A stretch of 52,805 bases of DNA, the filler included, from Theionarchaea archaeon (GTDB lineage: Archaea; Methanobacteriota_B; Thermococci; Methanofastidiosales; SZ-28-30): assembly GCA_018992565.1 (NCBI GenBank). It is 3 parts of 3 records of this genome, joined end to end, with 100 filler letters (N's around TTAATTAATTAA, not from the genome) between each part and the next. Parts side by side here need not be neighbours in the genome. Positions count along the whole stretch, not along the records: positions 18,279 to 35,580 come from JACVGW010000058.1; 2 more parts are not named here. The stretch is one strand, 5' to 3'. Both the position numbers and the translations under genes were made by a program. Positions within the stretch are counted from its first letter, which is position 1. Each line of letters begins with the position of its first letter. Under the pieces are notes generated by a model. That model was not told the DNA's origin, searched no databases, and was given only the letters and a program-made list of their open reading frames with translations. Below, one piece after another: positions 19,853 to 29,527 of this stretch.

Positions 19853-20722
19853 ATGAATCCATTAATGAGAAAACTCTACACAGAAGAGGAAATACGGGAA
19901 AAAATCGAGAAATACAAGAAGGAGCATGAGGACTTCAAAGCTGGAGAATACCACGTATTGATGATAAGTTCCACGTATGCTCTAGCTCTGCTATTTGAGA
20001 TTCTGCAGAATAATGAGTGCAGCAAATACTACTTAGAAAAGGTAATAGAAGAATGGAATTTACATCCAGGCAAGCATTTTCATTGGGCGTACTTGAATGC
20101 TCTGGAAAAGCTTGGTAAAGCTGAAAGAGCTCTTGAAGAGATTCTCAGTACTCCTAGAAGTTTTGGCATTGAGACCCTGGCCTATTTTTATCGAGAAGCG
20201 GGTAAAAAGAATGAGTCTATTCTGCTCTTTTCAGGGCTGGCGGTGCACGCCTTTGAGCTTTCTGAAACTCGCTCCTCATTTTGGCGACCTCACTATCTCC
20301 AGAAAGCTTCCAACCTGTGGGAGAGAGCGGAATGCAAAGAATTGGCAGACTCATATAACATGAGAGCATTGCAGACATGGAACGAGGTTAGAGACAGCCT
20401 AGACAGAAAGCTCTGCCTCATAGAAGAGGCCTGGCTTCATGAAGAAGTTGCATACATCCATGAGAGAGCTCAGAGATTTGATGAAGCACTTCGCTACTAT
20501 GAGAAAGCTCAGGCTGAATATGAGACTGCTCACAAGAAAGAACCTACATCGGTCCAAGCGAATCACTGTGACGGTGATTGGAATCGTTACTATGGTTTCT
20601 TTTCGTTACAGATACCTGACCTATCTTATATAGACTTACCCCTGGATAGCTACGAGGAAAATGATTTGAGAAGGATGAGATACCGCTTTCTGACCTTAAA
20701 ACAGAAAGCAAGAGCCATTTAG
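19853..20722 (+). CDS. all-helical TPR-like hypothetical protein, paralog 2
   Basis: 289 aa, tandem duplicate offset exactly 1000 bp. Confidence 0.8.
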   Translation: MNPLMRKLYTEEEIREKIEKYKKEHEDFKAGEYHVLMISSTYALALLFEILQNNECSKYYLEKVIEEWNLHPGKHFHWAYLNALEKLGKAERALEEILSTPRSFGIETLAYFYREAGKKNESILLFSGLAVHAFELSETRSSFWRPHYLQKASNLWERAECKELADSYNMRALQTWNEVRDSLDRKLCLIEEAWLHEEVAYIHERAQRFDEALRYYEKAQAEYETAHKKEPTSVQANHCDGDWNRYYGFFSLQIPDLSYIDLPLDSYEENDLRRMRYRFLTLKQKARAI

Positions 20723-20895
20723 GGCACATCTTTCAGGTGTATAGGCACAGTGAGGAACACCAAGAAGGTGCGCTGGCTCGAAGGTCTCTACCCTTACCCA
20801 TTTTTCATATACCTCCCGAGATCTGACCTCTGGTCTTTACAATATCTATGAAATAAGTGGAATTGCACCCGAGGATAGAAAACGTGATGAGAAAT

Positions 20896-21414
20896 CTATT
20901 TCGTCTCGGGCACATAACCACTTTTTGTAATCTTCTCGTCAATCAAGAATAGGCAAAGAGCAAATCTAAATTCGTCAATAGACATGAGCTTTGATGCCCC
21001 TGAAGCTTCATATAGAGCCTGCTCAGTTGCGCTTCCCTTCATTCTCTCTAAAGCTGATGATTCGACTATCTCATCAAAGGCAGTAAGAAATGCTATTTGA
21101 TAGGGTGTTAGTCCCAAAACTATGCTATCACCAATATAATTGATATCTTTAGGTGTAAACCAAAGCTCCGGACCTGATACTCCTCTTTTCACGAAGATCT
21201 TCTTAACAGTGGTTAGGGTTTTGTCAAATGCCATGTTGCTTACGTGGCCTATCATGACTGAATCCCTTCCGTAGACTTTCTTTCAAATGAAATTATTAAG
21301 CTTAAGAATAAGGGGGGGTTTGTTTCTGGGCGGAATAGATATTTTCATCCCACATTTCCCGCAAAAGGCAGAGTCTGGATCAACTTCTGCTCCGCATCTC
21401 AGACAGTAAACCAT
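20896..21414 (-). pseudogene. zinc-ribbon plus PRC-barrel protein with in-frame TGA at 21283-21285
   Basis: MVYCLRCG...FCGKCG then NFI*KKVYGRDSVMIGHVSNM in the same frame as ORF 20896-21255. Confidence 0.7.
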
Positions 21415-21703
21415 TACATCACCGACTTACTATCCCAATCCAATCTATAAGAACCATTCACTCAAATATATATTCAGTTTTACAATAAAATGATCCGCCA
21501 AGCACAAGGCATAAAGAGATAATGTGATATTTCAATGTGAATACATCTCTGCACTGCAAGGGATGTGAGTGGAGTAACTTCTGCGGGAGTTAGCTGCAAG
21601 GTCAGTGCATTCCTGCACACGGGAAGTATTGAAGGGGGAGATCCACTGTGTGAAGCCTTTAAGAGCCTGTGCCACGATACGTTTAGAGGATCAAAACCAG
21701 CAA

Positions 21704-22381
21704 TCAGATATGCCAGTAAAGTGGATACTGCCCTAGAAGCACATTGTACTTTGGTTCCTTCTTATCCTCGTTTTCAGAGGGATATTTTGTTAGTGCTTCA
21801 TACAGAAGAGGTTCCAACTTTGTTTCAACATATTCTGCTTGTTTTTCAGTCAAGTAACCTTTCCATACACGCGGGATGAACCCCTTCATATTATTCAGTT
21901 TGATGTTGATTCTTGAATTTCTGGTAAGTGACAGAATTTTCATGTCTCCATCCCTAATCACCTCATGGCTGATCTCAGCAAGTGTTGCATAGAACTGATA
22001 TTCAAGGAGAACCAGGTGTAAGTATTTCTTCAGCATTGTAACGTCATTTGACTCAAAGATATCTTTAAAATCAACTCTTAACTGTAATCGGTCACATTCG
22101 GGCAGCGTATAGATCTTTCTAAAGCGTCCCGTTGCTGGTACTGATACTGACAGAATTTCAGTTTCAACCATTTTTGTCAGATGGTATGATAGAGTGCTTC
22201 TCTGTATGCGAGTGAGCTCCATGAGTTCTTCAGTAGTTGCCTGGTTTTCTCTCAGGATGAAAAAATAGATTCTCGCTCTTTGAGGATCCTGAAGAACCTC
22301 CAGCTGTTCTATTACGGTGTCTACATCAATTGTCGTGACTTTGAGCTCTTTCTCAATCCTATCGTGTGGTTCTCCAGTCAT
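21704..22381 (-). CDS. winged-helix (ArsR-like) transcriptional regulator
   Basis: LQDPQRARIY, RSTLSYHLTKM; divergent from serine hydrolase. Confidence 0.8.
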   Translation of the reverse strand: MTGEPHDRIEKELKVTTIDVDTVIEQLEVLQDPQRARIYFFILRENQATTEELMELTRIQRSTLSYHLTKMVETEILSVSVPATGRFRKIYTLPECDRLQLRVDFKDIFESNDVTMLKKYLHLVLLEYQFYATLAEISHEVIRDGDMKILSLTRNSRINIKLNNMKGFIPRVWKGYLTEKQAEYVETKLEPLLYEALTKYPSENEDKKEPKYNVLLGQYPLYWHI

Positions 22382-22479
22382 ATTTAGTCATATGATCTTC
22401 ATTGCGATAGTTATAAAGTTTTCGATTACCATCGAAACATTTTTATGTAGATCGAATTATAGAATCTCAGGTGATACGA

Positions 22480-23928
22480 ATGGACCTGGAAAGAGCCAAA
22501 GAGCAGCACAACCTGATAACAAAGGAATTAGAAAACCTGGATTTTGGAAAAGTGTATTTACAATTCATGACCGAAATGCCAAAAAAAGGATGTACATGGT
22601 TACAGGAATTTATAAGAGAGCACAGGTACGAATCAGAGGACGAGGAAAAGAAAGAAACCCTTCTATTCCTCTATATTTTTAGGAAATTACTCGCTGGAGA
22701 ACAATTCTACTTTATCAATTCACGAAACATCTCAGAGAAATTAATAGAGGTGGATTTTTTTACCTCCAAGAGTAATGTAATCTTATTCTCAAAAATGAGC
22801 AGAAAATCAACAGAAAATATGGATGTAGACCTACTGAAGATTACTTTTCCCGGGTTTGAAGACATGTATCAGGATAATACTCTCTTATCATTAGAAGAAG
22901 CAGTAACCAAACTGAACAGAATCTTTGATGAACTTGAGGAGAAGAACATCTTTTCAGGGAGTGTTGGCATCACCAGGAATGATGAATTCATTTTCAGACG
23001 ATCATCGGGAGAGGCAGACATGAGATATCATGTTCCCAATAATGAAGATACCAAATTCAACCTGGGTTCAATGAACAAGATATTCACTGCTGTAGCGATT
23101 CTACAGCTCTATGAACAGAAGAAGCTCGATCTCCTCGACACGGTTGCAACATTTTTGCCGGAATTTCCACATGGAGACGAAATAACTATTCACCACCTGT
23201 TATCACACACCTCAGGATTGGGGTCTTTTTGGAATGAAAAGTTCGAACAGAGGTTCAAGAATATTCGGTCCATTGATGATTATATGGACTTATTCATTGA
23301 AGAAAGTCTTCTTTTTCAACCCGGAGAGCGCTTTGAATACAGCAACGCAGGATTTATTGTGTTGGGAAAAATAATTGAAGTAATCACAGGTACATCATAC
23401 GATGAATACGTCCAACAGCATATCTATGATGCTGCAGGAATGCAGAATACCTGCTGCTACGAAATAGACCGAATCGTTCCGAATCTGGCAATGGGGTACA
23501 CCCATGATCCCGATATTGACAGGGGTTACCTGGATCACTATGTTAGTAATTTCCTGATGATACCCGTGAAGGGCAGCTCTGCGGGGGGCGGATATTCGAC
23601 ACTTGATGACCTTGTATCATTTGCCAGAGCACTGAAAAAAGGAGATCTAATCTCTCGGCATTCACTGGACATGATGCAGGAGCCACCTCTCACAGAGGGA
23701 ATCGAACCCCGACAATCAGAGGGCTATGGCTATGGATGTCAAACAGGAAGTATAGGAAAGAATAGGTTTTATGGTCATGGCGGCGGTGCGCCCGGTGTAG
23801 CAACGATGCTGATGATCTTCCCGGATATTGATGTAGTTGTGGCACTCCTCAGTAACTGGGATCCCATGTATGAGATTTTTGCTGAACAACAGATTTTGAA
23901 CATCGTCACGAGAGTGAGCTTTTCTTAG
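22480..23928 (+). CDS. serine hydrolase, beta-lactamase/PBP-like family, with N-terminal extension
   Basis: FNLGSMNK (SxxK), LLSHTSG, FEYSN, HGGG. Confidence 0.92.
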   Translation: MDLERAKEQHNLITKELENLDFGKVYLQFMTEMPKKGCTWLQEFIREHRYESEDEEKKETLLFLYIFRKLLAGEQFYFINSRNISEKLIEVDFFTSKSNVILFSKMSRKSTENMDVDLLKITFPGFEDMYQDNTLLSLEEAVTKLNRIFDELEEKNIFSGSVGITRNDEFIFRRSSGEADMRYHVPNNEDTKFNLGSMNKIFTAVAILQLYEQKKLDLLDTVATFLPEFPHGDEITIHHLLSHTSGLGSFWNEKFEQRFKNIRSIDDYMDLFIEESLLFQPGERFEYSNAGFIVLGKIIEVITGTSYDEYVQQHIYDAAGMQNTCCYEIDRIVPNLAMGYTHDPDIDRGYLDHYVSNFLMIPVKGSSAGGGYSTLDDLVSFARALKKGDLISRHSLDMMQEPPLTEGIEPRQSEGYGYGCQTGSIGKNRFYGHGGGAPGVATMLMIFPDIDVVVALLSNWDPMYEIFAEQQILNIVTRVSFS

Positions 23929-24136
23929 AACCCTGTAAAACTAGTTTTTGTCTACTTCATTTCTCCAGGAGGACTCAGGGCCACTGATGGCTGTCAGGGT
24001 TGCAGTCAGTGAAGATGGCCAGGTCAGAGGAGAGGAGGATTTGATGAGGCAATGTGCATTGAAGTTGCTGGAGGGAATTGATTCTGCAGGAGAACTACTG
24101 GAAGGGGGAACAACTGATAAATTCAAATTAGACTGT

Positions 24137-25205
24137 TCAACCGAATTCATTCAGAAAGTCCTTGATAACCTTTGCATATTCCTGTGGATTGGAATATCCA
24201 GGAGTGTGTCCCGTGTTGTGAAATGTGTGAACCTGCGCGCGTGGATAGAGAGTTTTTAGGTTCTCTCGCACGGGGTTCTTAAATGCAGGGTCATCATCAG
24301 ATTCTATAATGAGGATTCTTCCAGGCCACATGACTGAACCATCTTGTGAGGGTGCGTAATTTGTCACAAAGTCAACTGTACATGCCTGTTGGGCTTTAAT
24401 ATCATCTTTCGTCATGCGAAGAGACACTTCTGTTAGGAAAGCTTTCCAGAACTGATGGTCTGAATCCGGTATTGATAAGAGGTTCATGAGTCTCTGTCTG
24501 AAAGAATTCCGTATCAGCTGCAGGGGGCACAAATCTGTTACAACCTGACCAAATCTCACGAGATTCTTGGAAATCCCTGAAGGTCCTGAAGTATGTGACA
24601 ATATGAGTGATTGGACTTTATCAGGGTAGTGGCGTACAAAACATTGAGCAACCCACCCTCCAAATGAAGTCCCAAGCAGGTGAACCTTCTTCGTGGATTC
24701 TGATGTCAGTATATGAAAAATCCCTTCTGTCATGTCTGCCATCGTGGGTAACGGTGGGTATGTGGGTGATATGATCGAATACTCATTTTCAAGGATCGTA
24801 ATAAGCCGGAACCAGGTTTCAGCAAAACGAATACCGCCAGGAAGCAGTACCAGGGGTTCCTCTCCTTTCCCACATGAGATATATTCCCAGGTGACATCCT
24901 CTCTATCAAGTGTTGTGTATGGANNNNNNNNNNNNNNNNNNNNNNNNNNNNNNNNNNNNNNNNNNNNNNNNNNNNNNNNNNNNNNNNNNNNNNNNNNNNN
25001 NNNNNNNNNNNNNNNNNNNNNNNAAACGAATACCGCCAGGAAGCAGTACCAGGGGTTCCTCTCCTTTCCCACATGAGATATATTCCCAGGTGACATCCTC
25101 TCTATCAAGTGTTGTGTATGGATGAGTTGAGCGAAATGTCTGTAATCGATCTTTCTGGTCTGAAGGAACATTCTCATAGATATCATTAAATGATTTCCTC
25201 GTCAT
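24137..25205 (-). CDS. alpha/beta hydrolase (one gene; gap plus 99-bp duplication is an artefact)
   Basis: GTSFGG nucleophile elbow, DD, TGH; ORFs 24906-25205 and 24137-25186 join after collapsing the duplicate. Confidence 0.85.
24825..25122. other. scaffold gap 24924-25023 flanked by identical 99-bp duplicate
   Basis: 24825-24923 = 25024-25122. Confidence 0.95.
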
Positions 25206-25375
25206 CGTATCCTCCTTGTCTCGTGATTTCCCGGATTAAACCATATCCAGCACGTTGTGTACTACTCTGTATCCTAGATGTACATTTATATAAATGTTTT
25301 CTATCACGTTCTATCCTGTGGCGATAGTTGTTCTCTGTTATTTCTCTGATTTCAATGCAAGAGCATAAAGGTCTC

Positions 25376-26152
25376 CTACGATCTCATGAGTATCACGAAA
25401 GGAGAATTCTCCACCGGGTGATTCTGTAGTATGGCTTCGACTCCAAATATCTCCCTCATATTTTCCACAGTCAGCACTTCTTCAGGATTCCCAAAAGCAA
25501 GAACACGTCCTTCTTTTAAGACTATTAACCTATCAGAATATAAGGATGCAAGGTTTAGATCATGGATAGCACAGATCACGATCAATCCCTCTTCTGTCAA
25601 CCGTTTCACGAGATCGAATATCTCGATCTGATGGCGAATATCAAGGTTAGCTGTGGGTTCATCAAGTAACAAAACCTTTGGAGATTGGGCTAATGCCCGG
25701 GCAATAATAACCCTCTGTCTTTCTCCTCCTGAGAGATTCGTTATCACCCTATTTCTCAAATGAAAGGTATCAGTAGCCTCCATCGCCTTTCGTGCAATCT
25801 CAATATCCTCTTTCCCCTCAGAGTGGAACAGGGTTAAATGAGGGTTCCTGCCCATTATCACAATATCAGCTACAGTGAAGGAGAAGGTCATGGGAGAGTC
25901 CTGTGGTATCACTGCAAGAACTCGAGCCACTTCTTTCAACTTCATGGACTCAATCTCCACATCTCCCAGATAGACAGTACCACATGTTGGGTTCAATATC
26001 TTGCTCATGACATGAAGCAGAGTTGATTTTCCCGAACCGTTAGGTCCAATGAGTCCTATGAATTCCCCTTCTCTCGCAGTAAAATTGATATCCTGCAGCA
26101 CATCGCCCAGGTTATACCCTGCACAAATGTGCTGTACTTCAACCTTTTGCAA
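25376..26152 (-). CDS. btuD: corrinoid ABC transporter ATP-binding subunit
   Basis: GPNGSGKST, LSGGERQR, LLDEPT, HDLNLA; probable TTG start after GAGGTG; cobamide context. Confidence 0.85.
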   Translation of the reverse strand: MQKVEVQHICAGYNLGDVLQDINFTAREGEFIGLIGPNGSGKSTLLHVMSKILNPTCGTVYLGDVEIESMKLKEVARVLAVIPQDSPMTFSFTVADIVIMGRNPHLTLFHSEGKEDIEIARKAMEATDTFHLRNRVITNLSGGERQRVIIARALAQSPKVLLLDEPTANLDIRHQIEIFDLVKRLTEEGLIVICAIHDLNLASLYSDRLIVLKEGRVLAFGNPEEVLTVENMREIFGVEAILQNHPVENSPFVILMRS

Positions 26153-27140
26153 ACATATCACCTCGCTTTCTTCTCAGTAAATAAATGAAGAATGGAGCCC
26201 CAAAAAATGCAGTCACCACTCCCACCGGCAATTCAGAAGGTGAAATTATCGTCCGTGCCACATTATCAGCCCATATCATGAAAATCCCCCCAAAGATAGC
26301 AGAGCTGGGTAGTAAAACCCTGTGGTCCGGACCCACGATGATTCTCACCATGTGGGGGACAACGAGCCCGACAAACCCAATGATACCACTCACAGACACT
26401 GCTGCACCAGTCATCAGTGACGTCACTACCACCAGGATTTTCTTGACAGCATCCACCTCCACCCCCAGATGTTGCGCAGTTTCTTCTCCCAGGAGGATGG
26501 CATTCAAGTCCCGTGAAAAGAGAAGAGATACCATAATGCCACAACCTGTAAAGGGCAGCAGCAGAAAGACATATGTCCAGCTTGCAGTCCCGAATCCCCC
26601 CATTAGCCAGAAATACAGACTGTGAAGCCATTTTTCCGAGATATAAATCAGAAAAGAGAGAACTGCAGACAGAAACGTAGACATGGCAATTCCCGATAGC
26701 AGGAGGGTCTCAACCGACATGGTACCATTCGTCCGTGCGATAGTATACACAGCAAAAATGGTGGTTGTTGAAAAGAAAAAAGCAAGGAGAGGAACAAAAT
26801 ATATGGATGCAAAGGCAAGGCCAGACACGATGGCAACTGCTGCTCCCACTCCTGCTCCCGAAGACACTCCCAGAATGAAGGGATCTGCCATGGGATTTCT
26901 GAAAAGTCCCTGCATGATGCAGCCGGAAGTAGCAAGGCATCCCCCCACCATCATGGCCAATAAGACTCTGGGGAGCCGTATCTTGAGAATGATGGCTTCC
27001 TGAGCTGCATTATGGTAGTGGGTATCGAATAATACTCTCATAATCGTTATGACATTGATTCGTACTGATCCAAGAGCAATAGACACAAGTGCAGTTATGA
27101 GAAGAATTAAGAGGAGAGAAGGAAGTCTGAATCCCTTCAT
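26139..27140 (-). CDS. btuC: corrinoid ABC transporter permease (FecCD/BtuC)
   Basis: IRLPRV, QGLFRNPMADPFILGVSSGA, IGFVGLVVPH. Confidence 0.88.
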   Translation of the reverse strand: MKGFRLPSLLLILLITALVSIALGSVRINVITIMRVLFDTHYHNAAQEAIILKIRLPRVLLAMMVGGCLATSGCIMQGLFRNPMADPFILGVSSGAGVGAAVAIVSGLAFASIYFVPLLAFFFSTTTIFAVYTIARTNGTMSVETLLLSGIAMSTFLSAVLSFLIYISEKWLHSLYFWLMGGFGTASWTYVFLLLPFTGCGIMVSLLFSRDLNAILLGEETAQHLGVEVDAVKKILVVVTSLMTGAAVSVSGIIGFVGLVVPHMVRIIVGPDHRVLLPSSAIFGGIFMIWADNVARTIISPSELPVGVVTAFFGAPFFIYLLRRKRGDMFAKG

Positions 27141-27168
27141 TCAGAACACCTTCTTCTGAGAAAGCCTT

Positions 27169-28104
27169 TCATGCACATGCCCACATGGGAAGGAACACCT
27201 CACTGGACTCATAGACTGCGTTGTTAATGAACTCTGCGAGAATCTCTAACCCCTCAACAATTCGCGGACCTGGTCTCAGCACCAAATCACCGTCAATGAC
27301 ATAGATCGCATTGTTCTTCACTGCAGCAATTGTGTCCCATCCGGGTCTGCTCACCACCTCTTCAATACCAACTCCTCCCATCCCCGATACAAGGATGATG
27401 AGAACAGGATTCTCAGCGATAATTGTTTCACTGGATATATTTGGATATGATGTGTCAGCATCTGCTGCAATATTGCGGCCTCCTGCCAGGAAAATCAGGT
27501 CGTCAACAAAACTGCCAGGCCCGAAAGAACCGTACCCGCTGGTGGATACCCATCCTTCAACATAAAGTGTCAGGGGTTCAGAGGGTGCATTCTCTTTCAC
27601 AGCTTCTATCCGTGCTTCACAATCAGCTCTCAAATCCTGTGCAGCCTCTTCTTCACCCACTGCCACCCCAATCAATGTAATATTGTTGAGGATATCATCC
27701 AGTGTTAAAGGATTGAGGATGATGACAGGAATTCCCAGTTCCTCGAGTCTCTCCGCGATCTCCTGGTGGTTACTGGTGGCAACCACAATGTCGGGGTTCA
27801 ACGAGATGACCTTTTCACTATTAACATCGCTGAATCCGCCCACTTTTTCTGTATGTACTGCATCCGGGGGATAGGTGCAGTAGTCTGTGGTTCCTACAAT
27901 TTTCTCACCCACACCGATTGCATACAAGATCTCAGTATTGGAGGGTGCAAGGGAGATAATTCTTTCAGGATGTTCTTCAATGAGTACCTCTTTTCCCGTG
28001 TCATCCACAATGGTTTTGGGGAATTCACCTTCAGGTTGAGGGCTTTCCTGACCCAGACAACCCAGGAGTATGAGGACCATGAAAATCGCTATACTTCTTT
28101 TCAT
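27169..28104 (-). CDS. btuF: cobalamin-binding lipoprotein
   Basis: LLGCLG lipobox, PERIISLAPSNTEIL, YCTYP, RPGPRIVEG. Confidence 0.85.
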   Translation of the reverse strand: MKRSIAIFMVLILLGCLGQESPQPEGEFPKTIVDDTGKEVLIEEHPERIISLAPSNTEILYAIGVGEKIVGTTDYCTYPPDAVHTEKVGGFSDVNSEKVISLNPDIVVATSNHQEIAERLEELGIPVIILNPLTLDDILNNITLIGVAVGEEEAAQDLRADCEARIEAVKENAPSEPLTLYVEGWVSTSGYGSFGPGSFVDDLIFLAGGRNIAADADTSYPNISSETIIAENPVLIILVSGMGGVGIEEVVSRPGWDTIAAVKNNAIYVIDGDLVLRPGPRIVEGLEILAEFINNAVYESSEVFLPMWACA

Positions 28105-28112
28105 TCTATCAC

Positions 28113-28133
28113 TTGGATGGTCTATCCATCCAA
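28113..28133 (-). promoter_or_regulatory. palindromic operator TTGGATGG-TCTAT-CCATCCAA between TATA and btuF start
   Basis: GGAAAGGTTTATAT BRE-TATA on the minus strand immediately upstream; motif repeated at 33984 and 34209. Confidence 0.8.
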
Positions 28134-28214
28134 CCACATATAAACCTTTCCATTGATCAAAATTCAGGTAGCTGGTCTCTCATTCTTAAGAGAAAGGAGT
28201 TATTGTCATGCCCT

Positions 28215-28805
28215 TCAGACAGATTCTGTGAGATATTCCTGTAAAGTATCGATATCATCTATGGTATTGACATTGAGAGCGACTTCAATTCTATTGAGGA
28301 TCATCACTTCTTCCTCCTGTGCATTGTCAGGATTTTCCATGATCATTGCACCCGAGACTATATTGATCCCTGAAGGGGATAACAGCTCTTTCTTGAAAAT
28401 TCCATGCTTTTCACAAAAGTCTTTTGTTGTATACACAGCGAGGGCAGGGGAGTTTGATGTTTCATATGTAGTAACGACGTCATTCAGAATTTCTGGTGTG
28501 ATCAGGGGCACATCGGAGGACAGAACAAGAACGGGTTCAGAAATGTTCTTCTCACGAATGACTTCTCTCATGTCTTCAATGTATCCTCTCCCAGCTGTAA
28601 CCATCTTTTGAACAGCTTCTGATTCTATGAATTTCCCTGTTTCCGGTGTATTTTCTGAGACTGCAACAATAATCTCTCCTATGCTGGCCTTTTTGACAGA
28701 ATCAATGACTTTCTTTATCATTGGAGTCCCTCCTACAGAAAGGAGAGGTTTTTCTCCCATGGTAAGTCTCTCTCCTTTTCCACCAGCCATTATGAGCACC
28801 TTCAT
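28215..28805 (-). CDS. cobY: adenosylcobinamide-phosphate guanylyltransferase
   Basis: MAGGKGERL, EKPLL, GYIED, SDVP, GINI, NVNT. Confidence 0.85.
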   Translation of the reverse strand: MKVLIMAGGKGERLTMGEKPLLSVGGTPMIKKVIDSVKKASIGEIIVAVSENTPETGKFIESEAVQKMVTAGRGYIEDMREVIREKNISEPVLVLSSDVPLITPEILNDVVTTYETSNSPALAVYTTKDFCEKHGIFKKELLSPSGINIVSGAMIMENPDNAQEEEVMILNRIEVALNVNTIDDIDTLQEYLTESV

Positions 28806-29527
28806 CTCATCACCACAATAAGAAGTATCATGGACATCATTCGCGTCGTATCGTGGGCTGCTCCTATGAAGTCTCCACCGATTCCACCCAGGTTCCTTTC
28901 TGCACCGACTGCGAGGAGATATGCAAAGACTAATGTTGATACGAATAGTAATGCCCCAACCTCCAGGAAAACCGACAATACTATCCCGGAAATCAGGCAG
29001 CTTTTCAAAAACAACTTCCTGTCAGTAGCCTGGATAACCCGGCTTCCCATTCCCTCGTGACTTGGGGTCCCGAAAAATGCTATGCAGTTCATGGAGAATT
29101 TCGCAGACACTTCAGACCCTATCAATCCAACGAATAGTGAATTTAAGGCCATAAATTCCACAATACAGAACACAGTGGTCAACAAGACAAAAAACGCCAG
29201 GAAAAATCCTCCTATTCCTATGAAGTGGTCGTGCATTACGTCAATCTTCTTTTCTCTTGTCCCGGTGACCAGGAGTGCATCTCCCATATCCAGCAGCCCA
29301 TCAGTATGGTGCAACCCTGTGAGAACCATCAGAAATCCCAGGGTGAACACCCCGGCCAGTGTGTATGGGAATACCCTGTGAGCACACCATGAAAAGGCAA
29401 AACTTGCACATCCGACACATAACCCTATCAAAGGGAATACGTAGGATGCCTCTGCAGTTTCTTCCAGTGTTCCTCCTTTCACAGGAATCCGGGTGAGAAA
29501 TGCCAGTGCGTATCTCACTCTTTTCAT
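28802..29527 (-). CDS. cobS: cobalamin (5'-phosphate) synthase
   Basis: FLTRIP, TGLHHTDGLLDMGD, GGIGGDFIGA. Confidence 0.92.
   Translation of the reverse strand: MKRVRYALAFLTRIPVKGGTLEETAEASYVFPLIGLCVGCASFAFSWCAHRVFPYTLAGVFTLGFLMVLTGLHHTDGLLDMGDALLVTGTREKKIDVMHDHFIGIGGFFLAFFVLLTTVFCIVEFMALNSLFVGLIGSEVSAKFSMNCIAFFGTPSHEGMGSRVIQATDRKLFLKSCLISGIVLSVFLEVGALLFVSTLVFAYLLAVGAERNLGGIGGDFIGAAHDTTRMMSMILLIVVMR

Noticed and set aside
20750..20850. KKVRWLEGLYPY-like stretch reminiscent of an IS1595 transposase N-terminus
   Set aside because: Too short, lacks the Cys residues and no terminal repeats are seen
23941..24259. Short ORFs between the serine hydrolase and the alpha/beta hydrolase
   Set aside because: No motifs or clear promoter; partly antisense to a real gene
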